A stretch of DNA of 46,904 nt from Seison nebaliae (taxonomy: Eukaryota). Under the pieces are notes generated by a model. The model made no database searches and was not told the origin of the DNA. It saw nothing but the letters and a program-made list of their open reading frames with translations. The position numbers and the translations under genes are program-made. Below are positions 12,903 through 25,232 of the stretch, one piece after another. Position 1 is the first letter of the stretch. Every line of letters begins with the position of its first letter. The DNA is taken from positions 1-46,904 of the forward strand of contig JALJEE010000091.1 of the NCBI GenBank assembly GCA_023231475.1. The letters are read 5' to 3'.

Positions 12903-15900
12903 ATGAAAATATCGATTAATCGATATATTAATCAATCATTCGAAACGAAACGATTAACGCGACTATCGAAAGTTGGAGAATTGTTTTTCAGTTTGGAAAT
13001 TTATGGGAAATTGTTTAGGAAGAATTCAATCGAATTCATCTCAATTATCGAAATAAGACACATAAATTGAATTATTTCTTCGATGCCGTTAAACGATTAT
13101 ACTGTCGAACACAAGTTTATTATCGTGAGGATATTTTTGATGATTTCTCCGATATTCAACGATCGAGTGAAGTTCATAGAAAAATATTTTTTGAAAAATT
13201 CTTAATTCGTTCCAGTTCGTTTTTCTCACTTTAGAAGACGTGGTGAAAGCTTTCCGATATCGTCATCTTTTGATGATATCGAATAGTTGTTTATTTGGAA
13301 TTATGAACAAGAAAGAATATAAAGATTTTGTTGAATATTTGGAGACGATAGAGCTATCACTAATTCTGAAAACTTTATTCAAACGGTTCATTCACGATTT
13401 ACATTTACTATTAACCGATGATTCTGGTTCCGTTTGTGTTGTTGGTAAAATCTCCTAACTATTTGTAGGAATCGAACGAATTGAGAATATTTCTCCCGGA
13501 AAATTTTTTCAGATATTATTAACTTGTCTCCAATCCTTAATGTATTTGGCCTCAACTTCTTGCTGGAATTATAAACAGATATTATTAGATCATCACTTTA
13601 CACATTGCGTAATAAAAAGTTTAGTGGAATGTCGAGAATCAATTATGGAATTAGGAAAGAAATGGGAGAAGGTTTGGAAGAATTACGTCGACAATAAACC
13701 AGACGATCTTTCATTGTTCGGGGAAGTCATTCGAATTCGATATGATAACAGTTATTCGAACTCGGACTGCGAGGAGATGTCTCGTCAATTGTTTGACACC
13801 TGTTCATTCTATATCTATTTGTCGTTCACTAATATTATATGGAGGAGAATAACATTTGACCTCCGCATAACAGGTGGCATTCTCTATTAAAATGAATTGA
13901 AAATTAATTAATTCGAACTCATTTCTTTACATAAATTTCGGGAATATTCTTCTTAGAATCATATTTCCATGATGTTCACACCAAAACATTAGAACAACAA
14001 TTACTGCTATTTAATTGTTTCAAACATCTTCATTTGAATTATGGGACGACCAAGGAGGAATCGAATTTTTTGATATTCCTTTGGAAGAAATTTACTTCAA
14101 TTCAATTGATTTCCGATATTCTACTCAAATCATTTAACATCAACACAACAAGTTTCTCTTTAACTTAAAATTTTTTTGTGTCTTCTTCACGTGGTTGTAG
14201 GAGAAATGATGGAATGTAGTTTAGTTGATTGTAGTGAATTGAAGAGTTCGGAAGCGAATTCACTTTTATCAACAAATTATCTATCGAAAAAATTAAGTAA
14301 ATTTCTCGATGATTCTTTCCTTGACGTGAAAAAAGATGAAAAGAATATTGTTGTTAAGAAACATCATAAACTTAACGTGAAACTGAAAGTAAACAGAAAT
14401 ATTTTGCGACTCATTAATTCTTTTAATGACCAAATCACATCATTCGAATCATTAATATTTTACATTCGGTACCATCCTGCACCAAATGTCATTTTGATAG
14501 ATTTGCTGGAAGAAGGAAAACTCTTTTGTCACATTCGACAACTACTTAAACATTTCGATCTCCGCCGTATCAAATATCATTCCAATGATGAACGTTCACC
14601 ATTCCTACGACTCTTCATCCTCACAGTTGAATTGCTGACAATTCTGATGGAGAAGTTCTGGAAGAATATGAAGTCCAGATCGAAAATAAATACAAGTTAC
14701 ATCCGAATTTTTCTCATAAAAAGATTGTTTAATAAAACTTTTTACAGAAATTGTGAAACTGATTCAGAAACATGAAAATAATCTGATAGACTATGTACAT
14801 TTCATATGGAAATCAATCATTCATTGGGAAACGGCTGATAAACATTTCCAGACAACTGTTATCCAATTTTTCCGAATTGGAATCCAGACAAAAATTATAC
14901 GTATCGATTTCTCCCTTATTGTTGTTAGTTCTTTTATGATTTCTCAATATAATATATAGGATCATTTGTTACTTTTATGTTATGTCATAAAACTTTGGGT
15001 AAATGATGGAATGATAGATGTTTTTCACCAGAATTCTTGTATCATTTTTTAAACATTATGGACTGCTACTACCAACATTGAAACAATATATTCGTCAACA
15101 TAATGAACGCATAAACTTGAAGACTTTCCAACGAACTACATTATTCAATTCTTTTACTTGTTTGGGAATATTAATCAACGCTGATTCCAACACATATAAT
15201 CATCTAACAAATTGTTGTAATTATTATTATCGGTCTCTACAAGAACGAAAAAGCACCATGATTAATACGTCCACAGAAATGAATAATTCCGTCTATACTT
15301 TATTACAGAATGGTTCACATAATGCAGTTCCCATATTGTACGAACGTTATTCTTCCAATTCCTATGATGAGAATGATAGAAGCATACCCGCAAATTTATC
15401 ATATCATTCCATTGAGAACCGTTTCAGAAAAACTTTCGATCACTCTCTAAGACAAGAGAAATTTCCCGATAATTTAGATAAAATCTGGAACAACTTCTCC
15501 TTGATAACGCCAATCGTCTTTCAGAATATTGTGATCGACCAATATTCATCTCTAGTCCACCAAGGACGAATCATTGCTAATAGTTATCGATTTGAACTTT
15601 TCCCATCATTTTTCAACGAATTCTTTAAGGTTCCAATAATTTGCCGACGATTGTTAAAGAAAAACAATTCATGGAAATCTTTCTAGAATTTCTTCTCAAC
15701 TATTTAACTTATTCACATGTGCTCCTAAGAAATATATTTCTCCAATTACTTACTGTTGAATATCTTCCAAGTTAAATTGAAATTTTCTAATTTCACATCA
15801 GTCCGATTTTTAGATCAAATATTAACTCATTGTAAAAAGGAAGAATTTATGATTAGAACTATAAGTTCAACAATATTTGGAAGACCCATTTTGGAAGAAA

Positions 15901-16576
15901 CTTCAGAATTCTCCCAATCACTAGTCATATATCTCTTATTTGAATACGACCGTTCCAATCTTAAAATTTTATTAGTGAGATGTATTGTACATTTTTGGGC
16001 TAGAAAGAAAATTATGTTCCCCAAAAACGATATCGATTTAAAATCATCATGTCAGAAACTGTTAAAAGATATTGAGAATAACATTTCTAATTCAGACAAA
16101 GATAATATAAAGGAATTATTGCGATATATTGACATAACAAAAAATTCATTAATCGGATTAAGGTTTTGAAGATTCCTAAAATTATTATAAAAATGAAAAT
16201 TTTAGGGAAGTTCTATTGAAAATGGAAAATGACAATTATTCTGAAATATCATTTCTGTTTTCTGACAATAGTAAAGTTATTATTTGAAAATAAACAAATC
16301 ATCTTTATTTGATTCTTAATGAAAATTGAGCAGATTACAAAAGAACAACAACAATCAATTAGGAAAATGATAAGTGAATTAACTGGTAACAAAACGATGA
16401 AAAATCAAGGAATAATTTCGAATCTAGTAGAACATTTAGATAAAAACCGAAATTTTTGTATTGCACCAAATTATAATTTAGGGAAAAGTAAAAACCTGAA
16501 TAATGATAACTGTACCGAAATGGAAGTTGATGATGATAGTGAAAATGAACCGTTTATTACAGATGATGAAATTTGA
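12903..16576 (+). CDS. Multi-exon gene, ~1000 aa, probably alpha-helical; function unknown
   Basis: ATG at 12903 (MKISINRYINQSFETKRLTRLSK|GTTGG). Collinear plus-strand ORFs at 13240, 13540, 14176, 14753, 15018, 15756 and 16319 are separated by short GT-AG gaps. Ends ...MEVDDDSENEPFITDDEI*. No family recognised and exon boundaries are approximate. Confidence 0.65.
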
Positions 16577-16608
16577 GAGATATTTAAAAAGTTTTTCATG
16601 AATAAAAC

Positions 16609-16830
16609 TTATCCCATAATGACGTCCATCAATTTACAAATATTTCGTAATTTCTCTAAATTTTCACTAATTTCTATTTTTAGTAGAATAATTTTATTGA
16701 AATCTTCCTTCTCCGAAAAGTTGTCGACACTCCGCTTAAATTCCTCTAAATGTTTCTTCGTCAGAACTTTCAGTTGACTTCTTAACCGTTCCATGTTTAA
16801 ACGTTCTTCCTCGTTCATAGGAGGATTCAT
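16609..16830 (-). CDS. Small coiled-coil-like protein, unknown
   Basis: MNPPMNEEERLNMERLRSQLKVLTKKHLEEFKRSVDNF...; charged, heptad-like composition; convergent with the upstream gene. Confidence 0.4.
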   Translation of the reverse strand: MNPPMNEEERLNMERLRSQLKVLTKKHLEEFKRSVDNFSEKEDFNKIILLKIEISENLEKLRNICKLMDVIMG

Positions 16831-17943
16831 GATATACAATTGGCAACGAAAAAGACACTTTTTCAAAGAAAAAACTGAAACAAAAATAAGAATAACAAAA
16901 AACAAACTTTTTCAACATTCACATGACAATTTACTATCTTATTCTAATTTTAATAATTCAAGAAAACTGTGAATTAATTCATTGTAAAATGTAAAATTCA
17001 AAAACTTTTTTTAACTACCGGTACTAATATCGTATGATCCTCTTTCACAATCATAACCCATCAAAATCTGGATTCTAAATAAATCGATTTGTGTTGTTTT
17101 TGTTCAATTTATATAATGTTTTTTAGAAAATATATCTATGATAATAAAGCGACGAAATTATTATATTGTTATAAGATTTAAAATGCTGATATGGACTTTC
17201 GAGAGTCAGAATTGCAAAAAGAAATAATAATTATTTTTTTATTTCAACATCAATTTTTTTATATATCGATAATTAACAATGACAAAGTTAGTGAAAAATA
17301 AAGTTAGATGGACGGTTTCAGGAGATGTATATAATTTGGTTGATCAGTTAAAAAAGGATGATAAGATAATAAGATAATAAGATTGTTTTCTTACTTACAT
17401 AAGATTACTTACTCTTTGTTTTTTGGAGTCAAACGGCGGATGCGAACGTATACCATTGCCTTGTAAGTAAAAACGGTAATGGACAACGGTGAAGTTATCC
17501 CGGCAAATGGAAGAAATGTAAAAAAAACAGTAGAAACTTAAAGTAATCGGACACTTTTACGTTTTTATAAACCATATCATAACTTCTGTCTAATTAGCTG
17601 TCTGTTATAAGGTTATACAGTGAGTGAGTATACCAATATAGAGTGAGTATCATAAAATAGCCCTATTCAAGCTCTTTAAGAAGGTGAAAAAAGTTTTAAA
17701 AATACATCGGGTAAGGTTCTTCTACTTTTTCTACTAACTGTGAGACAAATTTTGTTATCACAGTCATTCTCTAGTGATTACATGGTGATTCGTTTCCATC
17801 ACACGAATTTCATAAGAAAAATGATGAAAAACAAATATATTTCATACATATTGAATTTAACAAATAATTGAAAGCTCTTACTATTAGGCCAACGACAAAA
17901 TAACGTAATCAATGACAAATTATTCGACGTCATATAAAATGAT

Positions 17944-20900
17944 ATGGTTTCCCTTTTATTTATATTTGGGAATATTCCCACGGGTGTTATTAAACTTTTT
18001 TTTATTATCCAAATAAAATTATATTCCATTCTACTAAGTTTGTCGGATACTTGTCGAATTGATTATTTGGATGATGATATAAAATATAAAATTATTGATC
18101 AATGTGAAATCAGAAACCTGCCAAGCATGAACAATATTCAAAAGTTCATTAATTTTTCTAAATTAAATCGATAATTCTCAATTTCACCATAGAGGAGAGT
18201 TCTGGAAATATGAAGGAAATGTGTTTGATATTAAACCAATCCCTAATAATTCTCATACAATTTATGCCAATTTGACATATAAAAAGTTTGAAGAACGAAC
18301 ATCTTTTAACATATCGCCTATTTTCAAAATAATACAAGAGACGGTGGAAGTCACAAGAAATAACTTCCGGAATCATCAAAGTGAAATTAAGGATAATAAT
18401 CCAAATTACGTAATTCAGACTACTGCGTCAATTATCGATATTTCATCAATAACAAATATTAGTTGGAAAATAATTTTTAATTAGTTCATTTAATTCTCGA
18501 AGAGATGAGCTAAAATGAATTTACAAAAGTGGGGTAGTTGAAAATGGTAGTACTTTTCTAATGCTGTGTATCAGGATTTTTGATTGTATAGAATTATTTA
18601 TTATGGAAGATGTAAAAAGTGAGCGAATGATGATTGACAAACAAAAATTAATAAAAATTAAATAAATTTTGTTTCGTTATACAGAATCATCTAATCTTAT
18701 CATTAATGGAAAAATTATAAGTTCTGCTAAATTAAACCAAACACCAAATTTTGGTATTCTCCCAAATACCAGTATTCTATTTGGGTTCAATTTTTGTCTA
18801 GTTTTCTTTGTTTCATTAATTAATTTTAGATATCTCTCAGATTCTCAATTGCATTCGTTCAATTTCCTTCATTTATTCTCCACTTTCGCATGGATTATTT
18901 CTGATGGGAGGAATTTATTTTCAAACAACTCCAATAAATGTCATCCAAATGAACTGAATTACGGTTGTACTTGATAAATATTTCTTTGATTATTAACCTG
19001 ATTCAATTAGAAAAGGAAGTGGAATATTCGATTTTATATTTCTCGAAATGTCAATTAAATATTTTGAAAATTAAAACAAAGTTTCTACCGTTTTATTTTC
19101 CAAACAAATCAGTTTTCTTTCAGAGATAACTTGAACAATTTGACGAAAAAAATTCTTGAAAAATTTCTAATTGAAGATGCGGTCGTCATCGATATTTCGA
19201 TGGATCAAAAAAAAACGAAAGATGAAACGAAATTAAAGGAGAAAATTAGCAATTTGAAATTGTTGACTGGAATAAATTCGGTAAATAAATTTTGTTATCC
19301 ACAATTCGGTTATTATCAATCTGGTAGGTTAGTCATCTGAATCAAATTTAAATGAATTTTTTGATGTTTTGTCGATATGACCACCATGAAAAGTGTTTCG
19401 TTTTTTCTTCGTTTTTTCATGTCGGAAAGATTTTCCTTTCGTATTTTTTAGAACACTATTCGCTTTCTGTCCATACAAATTTCCGCTTCGATTTAATGCA
19501 TCAAATGAATTCGATTCTAATCCAGCGGTTACCTGCACTTGTGAATCGTCAACTCGCTTGAAATGATTTAAACGCCGTTTTTTATCCGACGAGGATACAT
19601 CATTGTTCTCAAAACTCCTCTTCTGGCCTGAATTGAACGATTTTCTTTTCCAATTTCCATCGGACGATTTTCCTTGCTGATTTTCCCACCAATCTGGTTT
19701 ATCGTTTTTCTGTTTGTTTTCAGAAAAAGATTTTTTCGGTCCGTTGGTTTCTTTAACAGCTGAATTTTTATAACTGTTGGTAACTTTATTCACTGGAGTT
19801 TTTTCTGTTTCCTTCATCTTCATATCTTCATCTGAAGATTCTGACGAACTGTTTTTCTTTACAATTTTTTTTACTTCTTTTTTCTTCTTTCCATTTGTCA
19901 ACGACACTTTTTGTTTTTTGTCTTTTTTGTCAACTTGTTCGTCATCAGATGAATCTTCTGATGGAAGTGGTTTAGTAACTTTTTTGAGGGAAACGTTTTC
20001 ATTCTTTTTCTTTGGTAACGCGACTTTCTTTTGTTGAATCATTTCCTCGTCGGACGACGATTCAAATTCAATTTTTTTCTTTGATAATAACATTTTCTTA
20101 TTTTTTGTCTTTTTTTCTTTTGATGATGATTCTTTCTTTTGTGGTGGAATTTTCTTCTTTTCTTGTTCGTCTTCATCTGACGACGATTCTTTTTTGGCTG
20201 GTTTTTGTGCTGCTGAAATTATCTTAGTTTTCCCCATTTCTTTCACTTCTTCATCTGTCGATGATTCATCTTTCGTTTTTTTATTAGCCCTGATAACTTT
20301 TTTCTTTTCTTCCATTTCCTCATCTAATGAAGAATCTTCGGATGATGATTCTTTTTTCGCTGTTTTCTTTGGTGCTACTACTTTCTTTTTTTGATCCTTT
20401 TGTTTCACTTCTTCATCTGATGACGATGAATCATCTGACGACGATTCTTTTTTCGCCTGTAGCTTTGGAACTACAACTTTTCTCTTTTCTTCAATTTCCT
20501 CATTTGATGATGATTCTTCAGACGAAGATTCTTTTTTCGCTTGTTTCTTTTGCGCTATAATCTTTTTCTTTTCTTTCACTTTATCTGACGACGATTCTTT
20601 TTTCGCCTGTATCTTTGGAACTGCAACTTTTCTCTTTTCTTCAATTTCTTCATCTGATGACGATTCTTCTTCCGATGAGGATGTTTCTTTTTTGACTATT
20701 TTCTTTGGCAGTACAACTTTCTTTTTTTCTTCCATTTCCTCATCTGATGATGAATCTTCTGATGAAGATTCTTTTTTTGATGATTTGTTTGGCATTACGA
20801 CTTTTTTCTTCTCTTCAATTTCCTCATCTGATGACGAGTCTTCCGATGAAGATTCCTTTTTTGCTGCTTTCTTTGTGGCTATTACTTTCTTCTTTTCCTT

Positions 20901-22912
20901 CACTTCGTCATCTGATGATGATTCTTTAGATGAAGATTCTTTTTTCTGTGGTTTCTTTAAGGTCACAACTTTCTTCTTTTCTTCCATTTCCTCATCTGAT
21001 GATGATTCTTCTTCCGATGAAGATGTTTCTTTTTTACATATTTTCTTTGGCACGTCAACTTTTTTCTTCTCTTCCATTTCCTCATCTTCTGATGAAGATT
21101 CTTTTTTTGCTGGTTTTTTTGGCACTACGACTTTCTTTTTTTCTTCCATTTCCTCATCTGATGAAGATTCTTCTTCCGATGAGGATGTTTCTTTTTTGAC
21201 TATTTTCTTTGGCACTACAACTTTTTTCTTCTCTTCCATTTCCTCATCCGATGATGAATCTTCTGATGAAGATTCTTTTTTAACTGGTTTCTTTTGAGCA
21301 ACGTTCCTCATATCTTCCATTTCTTCATCAGACGACGATTCTTCTTTCGATGAATCTTTCTTTGGCGCTACAACTTTCTTCTCTTTCACTTCTTCATCCG
21401 ATGACGATGATTGATCTGATGAGGAATCTTTTTTCACTGTTTTCTTTGGAGCAGACAGTTTCTTCTTTTCTTTCACTTCTTCATCTGATGATGATTCTTC
21501 GGAAGACGATTCTTTTTTCGGTGTTTCCTTTGGAATTATAACTTTCTTGCTTTTGTTCACCTGTTCTTCGGATGAAGATTCCTTTTGTTTCTTTGGCACT
21601 GCAACCTTCTTTTCTTCCATCTCCTCATCTGATGACGAGTCTTCCGATGACGATTCCTTTTTCCTTGCTTTCTTTGACGCTACTACTTTCGTTTCTTCCT
21701 TGTCTTTCATTTCTTCATCTGATGACGAGTCATCTGATGACGATTCCTTTTTCGCAGGTTTCTTTGTGGCTATTACTTTCTTCTTTTCTTTTTCTTTTTT
21801 TGCGATTTTCTTCTTTTTTTCAATTTCTTCATCTGGTGAGGATTCTTCCGAAGATTCTTCTTCTTCCGATGAGGATGATTCATCCGCAACTCTCCATTTA
21901 ATCTTTTCGGAACTTTTTCTTTTTTCAGCTAAAATTTTTGCTTTACCAACATTATTTGAATTATCTTTAACATTTTTCTTATTTAATGATTTTTTTCGAG
22001 AAAATGACCACTCAATTTCTGAATTCGGTTCCGGTGGAACGTTTTTTTCATCTTCATATAATTTCGACATATCGACTGTACGAGTGGCGACACGTGAAAA
22101 ATCACTTTCACGATCTTTGTATTCTTGAAGTTTTTTCTCCATCTCTAAATCGGAGGAAGATGATGGTTCAGAAACATTGACTTTCATTGAAAGATTTTGA
22201 TCCATTTGTTTATTCTCTCCCTTTTCATTCGTTTTCTTCACAATTATTTTTGGCAATGGAGTATTTTTTGATTTATCGTTCTTCTTTTTATTGATCTTAT
22301 TTGAACGTTTCTTCTCCGGCTCTTTTCTATTTTTGTCATCGTCTTCAAATACTTTCCTTTTGGATTTTACAAACTTCTTCATTGGATAAGTTTCTGAAGA
22401 TTTAACCATTTTCTTTCTATGACAAAAAGAAAAAAAGGAGATAACGATGAAAAAAAATCTTTAAGATAATATAAAAAAGGTATGGAATTTAAGTATGCAC
22501 GTTTTGGAAATAAGAATTAAGCTCAAAACTTTAATTTGAAAATTCAACCTAATTTCCATAAATATTCCTTTCCTTCAAGTGATCGTTTCGTAATAAACTA
22601 ATACTCCCCAAAAATCTTTCTATGGTATTTTTTCTATTTATTAGATGTTACTGTATTGAAAACTGGGAAGGAATTTATTGTGACAAAAGAAGAAACAATT
22701 TGTGGGAAATAGATTGGAGGAAAATAGTAAAGAAATCTTCCACAAAAGATTTGTTCATTCAAATTGGAATATTCTGTCTAATTTTATTCAGTTGTTTATC
22801 AATATTTCTAATCGGTCGAAAGATTGTTCGAAGAAATAAGAAGTATTCGAAAATCTTTATTGATTCATGCGATTTCCAATTAGAACCTTTAATTTCAAAT
22901 AAAAATAATTGA
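17944..22912 (+). CDS. Multi-exon single-pass membrane protein with a juxtamembrane EGF-like domain; its last intron (19328-22644) hosts NOLC1
   Basis: Exonic ORFs at 17944-19327 end ...NKFCYPQFGYYQSG-AG|GTTAG. The acceptor TTAG|A at 22645 resumes in the same phase 2 as R-CYCIENWEGIYCD (EGF-like CxCxxxWxGxxC), followed by a TM helix (LFIQIGIFCLILFSCLSIFLIG), a basic stop-transfer (RKIVRRNKK) and a short tail. The 5' end is uncertain. Confidence 0.7.
19329..22409 (-). CDS. NOLC1: Nucleolar and coiled-body phosphoprotein 1 (Nopp140/SRP40 family), 1026 aa uninterrupted ORF
   Basis: Alternating acidic-serine (ESSSEDSSSDEE) and basic K/P/V/A tracts. C-terminal SRP40 domain HFKRVDD...NSFDA...YGQKANSVLKNTKGKSFRHEKTKKKRNTFHGGHID...SFKFDSDD. 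Confidence 0.9.
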   Translation of the reverse strand: MVKSSETYPMKKFVKSKRKVFEDDDKNRKEPEKKRSNKINKKKNDKSKNTPLPKIIVKKTNEKGENKQMDQNLSMKVNVSEPSSSSDLEMEKKLQEYKDRESDFSRVATRTVDMSKLYEDEKNVPPEPNSEIEWSFSRKKSLNKKNVKDNSNNVGKAKILAEKRKSSEKIKWRVADESSSSEEEESSEESSPDEEIEKKKKIAKKEKEKKKVIATKKPAKKESSSDDSSSDEEMKDKEETKVVASKKARKKESSSEDSSSDEEMEEKKVAVPKKQKESSSEEQVNKSKKVIIPKETPKKESSSEESSSDEEVKEKKKLSAPKKTVKKDSSSDQSSSSDEEVKEKKVVAPKKDSSKEESSSDEEMEDMRNVAQKKPVKKESSSEDSSSDEEMEEKKKVVVPKKIVKKETSSSEEESSSDEEMEEKKKVVVPKKPAKKESSSEDEEMEEKKKVDVPKKICKKETSSSEEESSSDEEMEEKKKVVTLKKPQKKESSSKESSSDDEVKEKKKVIATKKAAKKESSSEDSSSDEEIEEKKKVVMPNKSSKKESSSEDSSSDEEMEEKKKVVLPKKIVKKETSSSEEESSSDEEIEEKRKVAVPKIQAKKESSSDKVKEKKKIIAQKKQAKKESSSEESSSNEEIEEKRKVVVPKLQAKKESSSDDSSSSDEEVKQKDQKKKVVAPKKTAKKESSSEDSSLDEEMEEKKKVIRANKKTKDESSTDEEVKEMGKTKIISAAQKPAKKESSSDEDEQEKKKIPPQKKESSSKEKKTKNKKMLLSKKKIEFESSSDEEMIQQKKVALPKKKNENVSLKKVTKPLPSEDSSDDEQVDKKDKKQKVSLTNGKKKKEVKKIVKKNSSSESSDEDMKMKETEKTPVNKVTNSYKNSAVKETNGPKKSFSENKQKNDKPDWWENQQGKSSDGNWKRKSFNSGQKRSFENNDVSSSDKKRRLNHFKRVDDSQVQVTAGLESNSFDALNRSGNLYGQKANSVLKNTKGKSFRHEKTKKKRNTFHGGHIDKTSKNSFKFDSDD

Positions 22913-22941
22913 TTTTTCTCGCTTTTATTAAATAAAAGATT

Positions 22942-24240
22942 TTATTTCCGTTTGGAAGTTCTTAATCGATTTTGTGATTTGATTAAAATCGGGAAATTAC
23001 CGCCATAAATCTCCATTAAATCTTCGAATCTTCTTTGTCTTCCTTGCAATATTCGTCGACCTTGTCTCGATTTCGTTAAATGTTCTTTCTTCGTATCGTG
23101 AATACTTAAAGCACTCGGATTACGGAATCTTGAAGATAAAACTCGACTATATTGACTGAACCGAGAAACGGGTTTATTTTTTTGTACATTTCTATCTTTC
23201 TTTCGTCGTAATAATTTTTGTTTAGGAAGCAAGTGACCTTGAGTTCGTTGCCATAGTAAATCTTCGATATCCGATATCGATCTGAATGCTGAGCTACTAA
23301 TCGAAGCGATGGTGGATGGTGAGGAACATAATACTTCATCATCTGAAAAACATAATGATGATCTGACACTAAAGACTGTTGGAGAGAAATTACTAATTAC
23401 ACTCATATGATCATCAGATGACGAATCGATATTCTTCAAATTTAAATTATTTTCTTCAATTTTCTTATTCTCTTCAATTTTCTTATTTTCTTCAGCGTCT
23501 TTATTTCTTAAATTGGTCTTTGATTTTATGGTTGTGTCATCGTTGTCAAGATTCAATGGCATTATCTTATTGGAACTTCGTAATCGTTTCGAAATTGTCG
23601 TTGATGTTGTTGTTCGACTAGTTTTTTTATCAGATAATTTGATAGTATCATCAGACAATGAAATTGTTGTAGTTTCTGTTTTTTGTTTGACCGATTTTTC
23701 ATTTGTCTCATTTCTACTCAAATCAGATTCTTCTTGTAATTCTTTCAATTTTTCTTCTGCACTTCCTCCTTTTACGTCGGATTTTCCCCTCTTCAATTTA
23801 GCCACCCCAGTGATCTTCGTTTTCAATCTCATTTTCTTCTTCTTCCAAAAGAAACTTTTTCGACTTCTTTCAAAATTCTTCTTTATCAAATCTTGTAGAA
23901 TGGATAATCCAATAAATTTCTCATTCTCATCCTCCGAATCTTCACTGTCACTTTCGTAATATTTTTTTTTCTAGATTTCATAAATTAATAAATTTTTGGT
24001 TTAAAAAAAAATTTTCTATTTAACTTTCATCGACTTCATCAATAACATCGACGCTATTTTCGCTTTTAACATACGTCTAGTGTATTGGCGTACATGGGAA
24101 TCCTTCGATTTATGCATGGCAATTTTGTGGAGATATTCAGCTAATTTTGCCACAGCGATCGACGTTGCTACAATGACAATTAGTAGTCCTAAAGTGTTTG
24201 CAATAGTTGGTATTGAGCTGATGTCACTAGTAGTGTTCAT
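22942..24240 (-). CDS. Two-exon protein with an N-terminal transmembrane anchor and a basic/Ser-rich disordered region; unknown
   Basis: Exon 1 24240-24025 (MNTTSDISS...TLGLLIVIVATSIAVAKLA...MKSMK|GTTAAA). A 54-nt intron ends CTAG, and exon 2 from 23970 is in phase 0 with the 315-aa ORF 22942-23889. Confidence 0.65.
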
Positions 24241-24763
24241 TTTGATTTTTATTAAAATAGTTAGTGATAAATACAAATTTCCACTTCATTAATTTTCACT
24301 TTTTTCTTCTTGCATAAAACGAATATTTACAGACTTAACTAATAATCGGATGAGGGCAAAATGAAGGGCATTCGAATGCCTTTCAAACTAATTTAAATTC
24401 TTTTTCCTTTATGTAAATCTCCTCTCCTCTACATATTGATAATGTTACGTCCTTCTATTAGGAAATAATATTGGAAATATATCTTACAAGTGAAAAAGAA
24501 AAAAGCTACTAAAAAGGTAACAGAATTTCCGATAAATCGTTTCTTTATGAGCAACACGAATATTATTAAAAAACTATTTTTTATTATTATTATCAACATT
24601 ATTATTATTACAATGAAGAAAATTTTTAGAAAAATAGAAGGAAAACATTTTTTATTTCCACACGACGAGATGAATTAAAGGAAATAGTTTAATTACTGAT
24701 ATGATTGGTATGAACTAAATCGTTGTCTTTTCCCTTTTTCTATAATTAAACTAATTTCTTTCT

Positions 24764-25232
24764 TCACCATTGTTTCGGCTGTTTCTTCTCTCCTGCTTTC
24801 AATTTCAATTGATCCAATTCTTCAATTTTCTCTGATAATTCCGGTCGCAGTGCTAAGACTTTCCTTCGAGTTGCATCGCCATAAATTCCATTACGATCAC
24901 GTCGACTCATTCTCTAAAAAGAAAATATTAATTAGGATCAGTCGATATACAGAAATGAACTTAAATATCATGAACAATTAGAATAATTGAAGGTGAATTA
25001 ATAACGAGCAAGAAAATGAAAAGAAACCTCACGTTTAAGACAAATGTCCAAACGACGTTTTAAGTCATTACAAAGACCGAACGACCTTTTCAAGAATGAC
25101 TATTTACAAAAGAAAATTATTAAATAAAATTAATTCAACAAATTTCACTTCTTCCTGACATTTCTTTAAATCATCAATAATCTTTTGACATTGCTCATTA
25201 TGTAGAATATTGTCCGATAGATCTGTATGCAT
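24764..25232 (-). CDS. CMC2: COX assembly mitochondrial protein 2 homolog (twin CX9C), 3 exons; absent from the ORF track
   Basis: Spliced: MHTDLSDNILHNEQCQKIIDDLKKCQEE|SFLKRSFGLCNDLKRRLDICLKRE|RMSRRDRNGIYG...KQW*. The MHxDLS N-terminus and two CX9C motifs are characteristic of CMC2. Confidence 0.88.

Noticed and set aside
17340..17660. Short duplicated motifs (GATAATAA repeats, GAGTGAGTAT twice)
   Set aside because: Too short and low-complexity to support an element or regulatory call.
19352..22180. Many plus-strand F/S-rich ORFs over NOLC1
   Set aside because: Antisense shadows of the low-complexity Nopp140 repeats.
22622..22912. Stand-alone 96-aa membrane protein from ATG 22622
   Set aside because: The first codons are a pyrimidine-rich acceptor. 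The Cys pattern is half an EGF-like domain completed by the exon ending at 19327.
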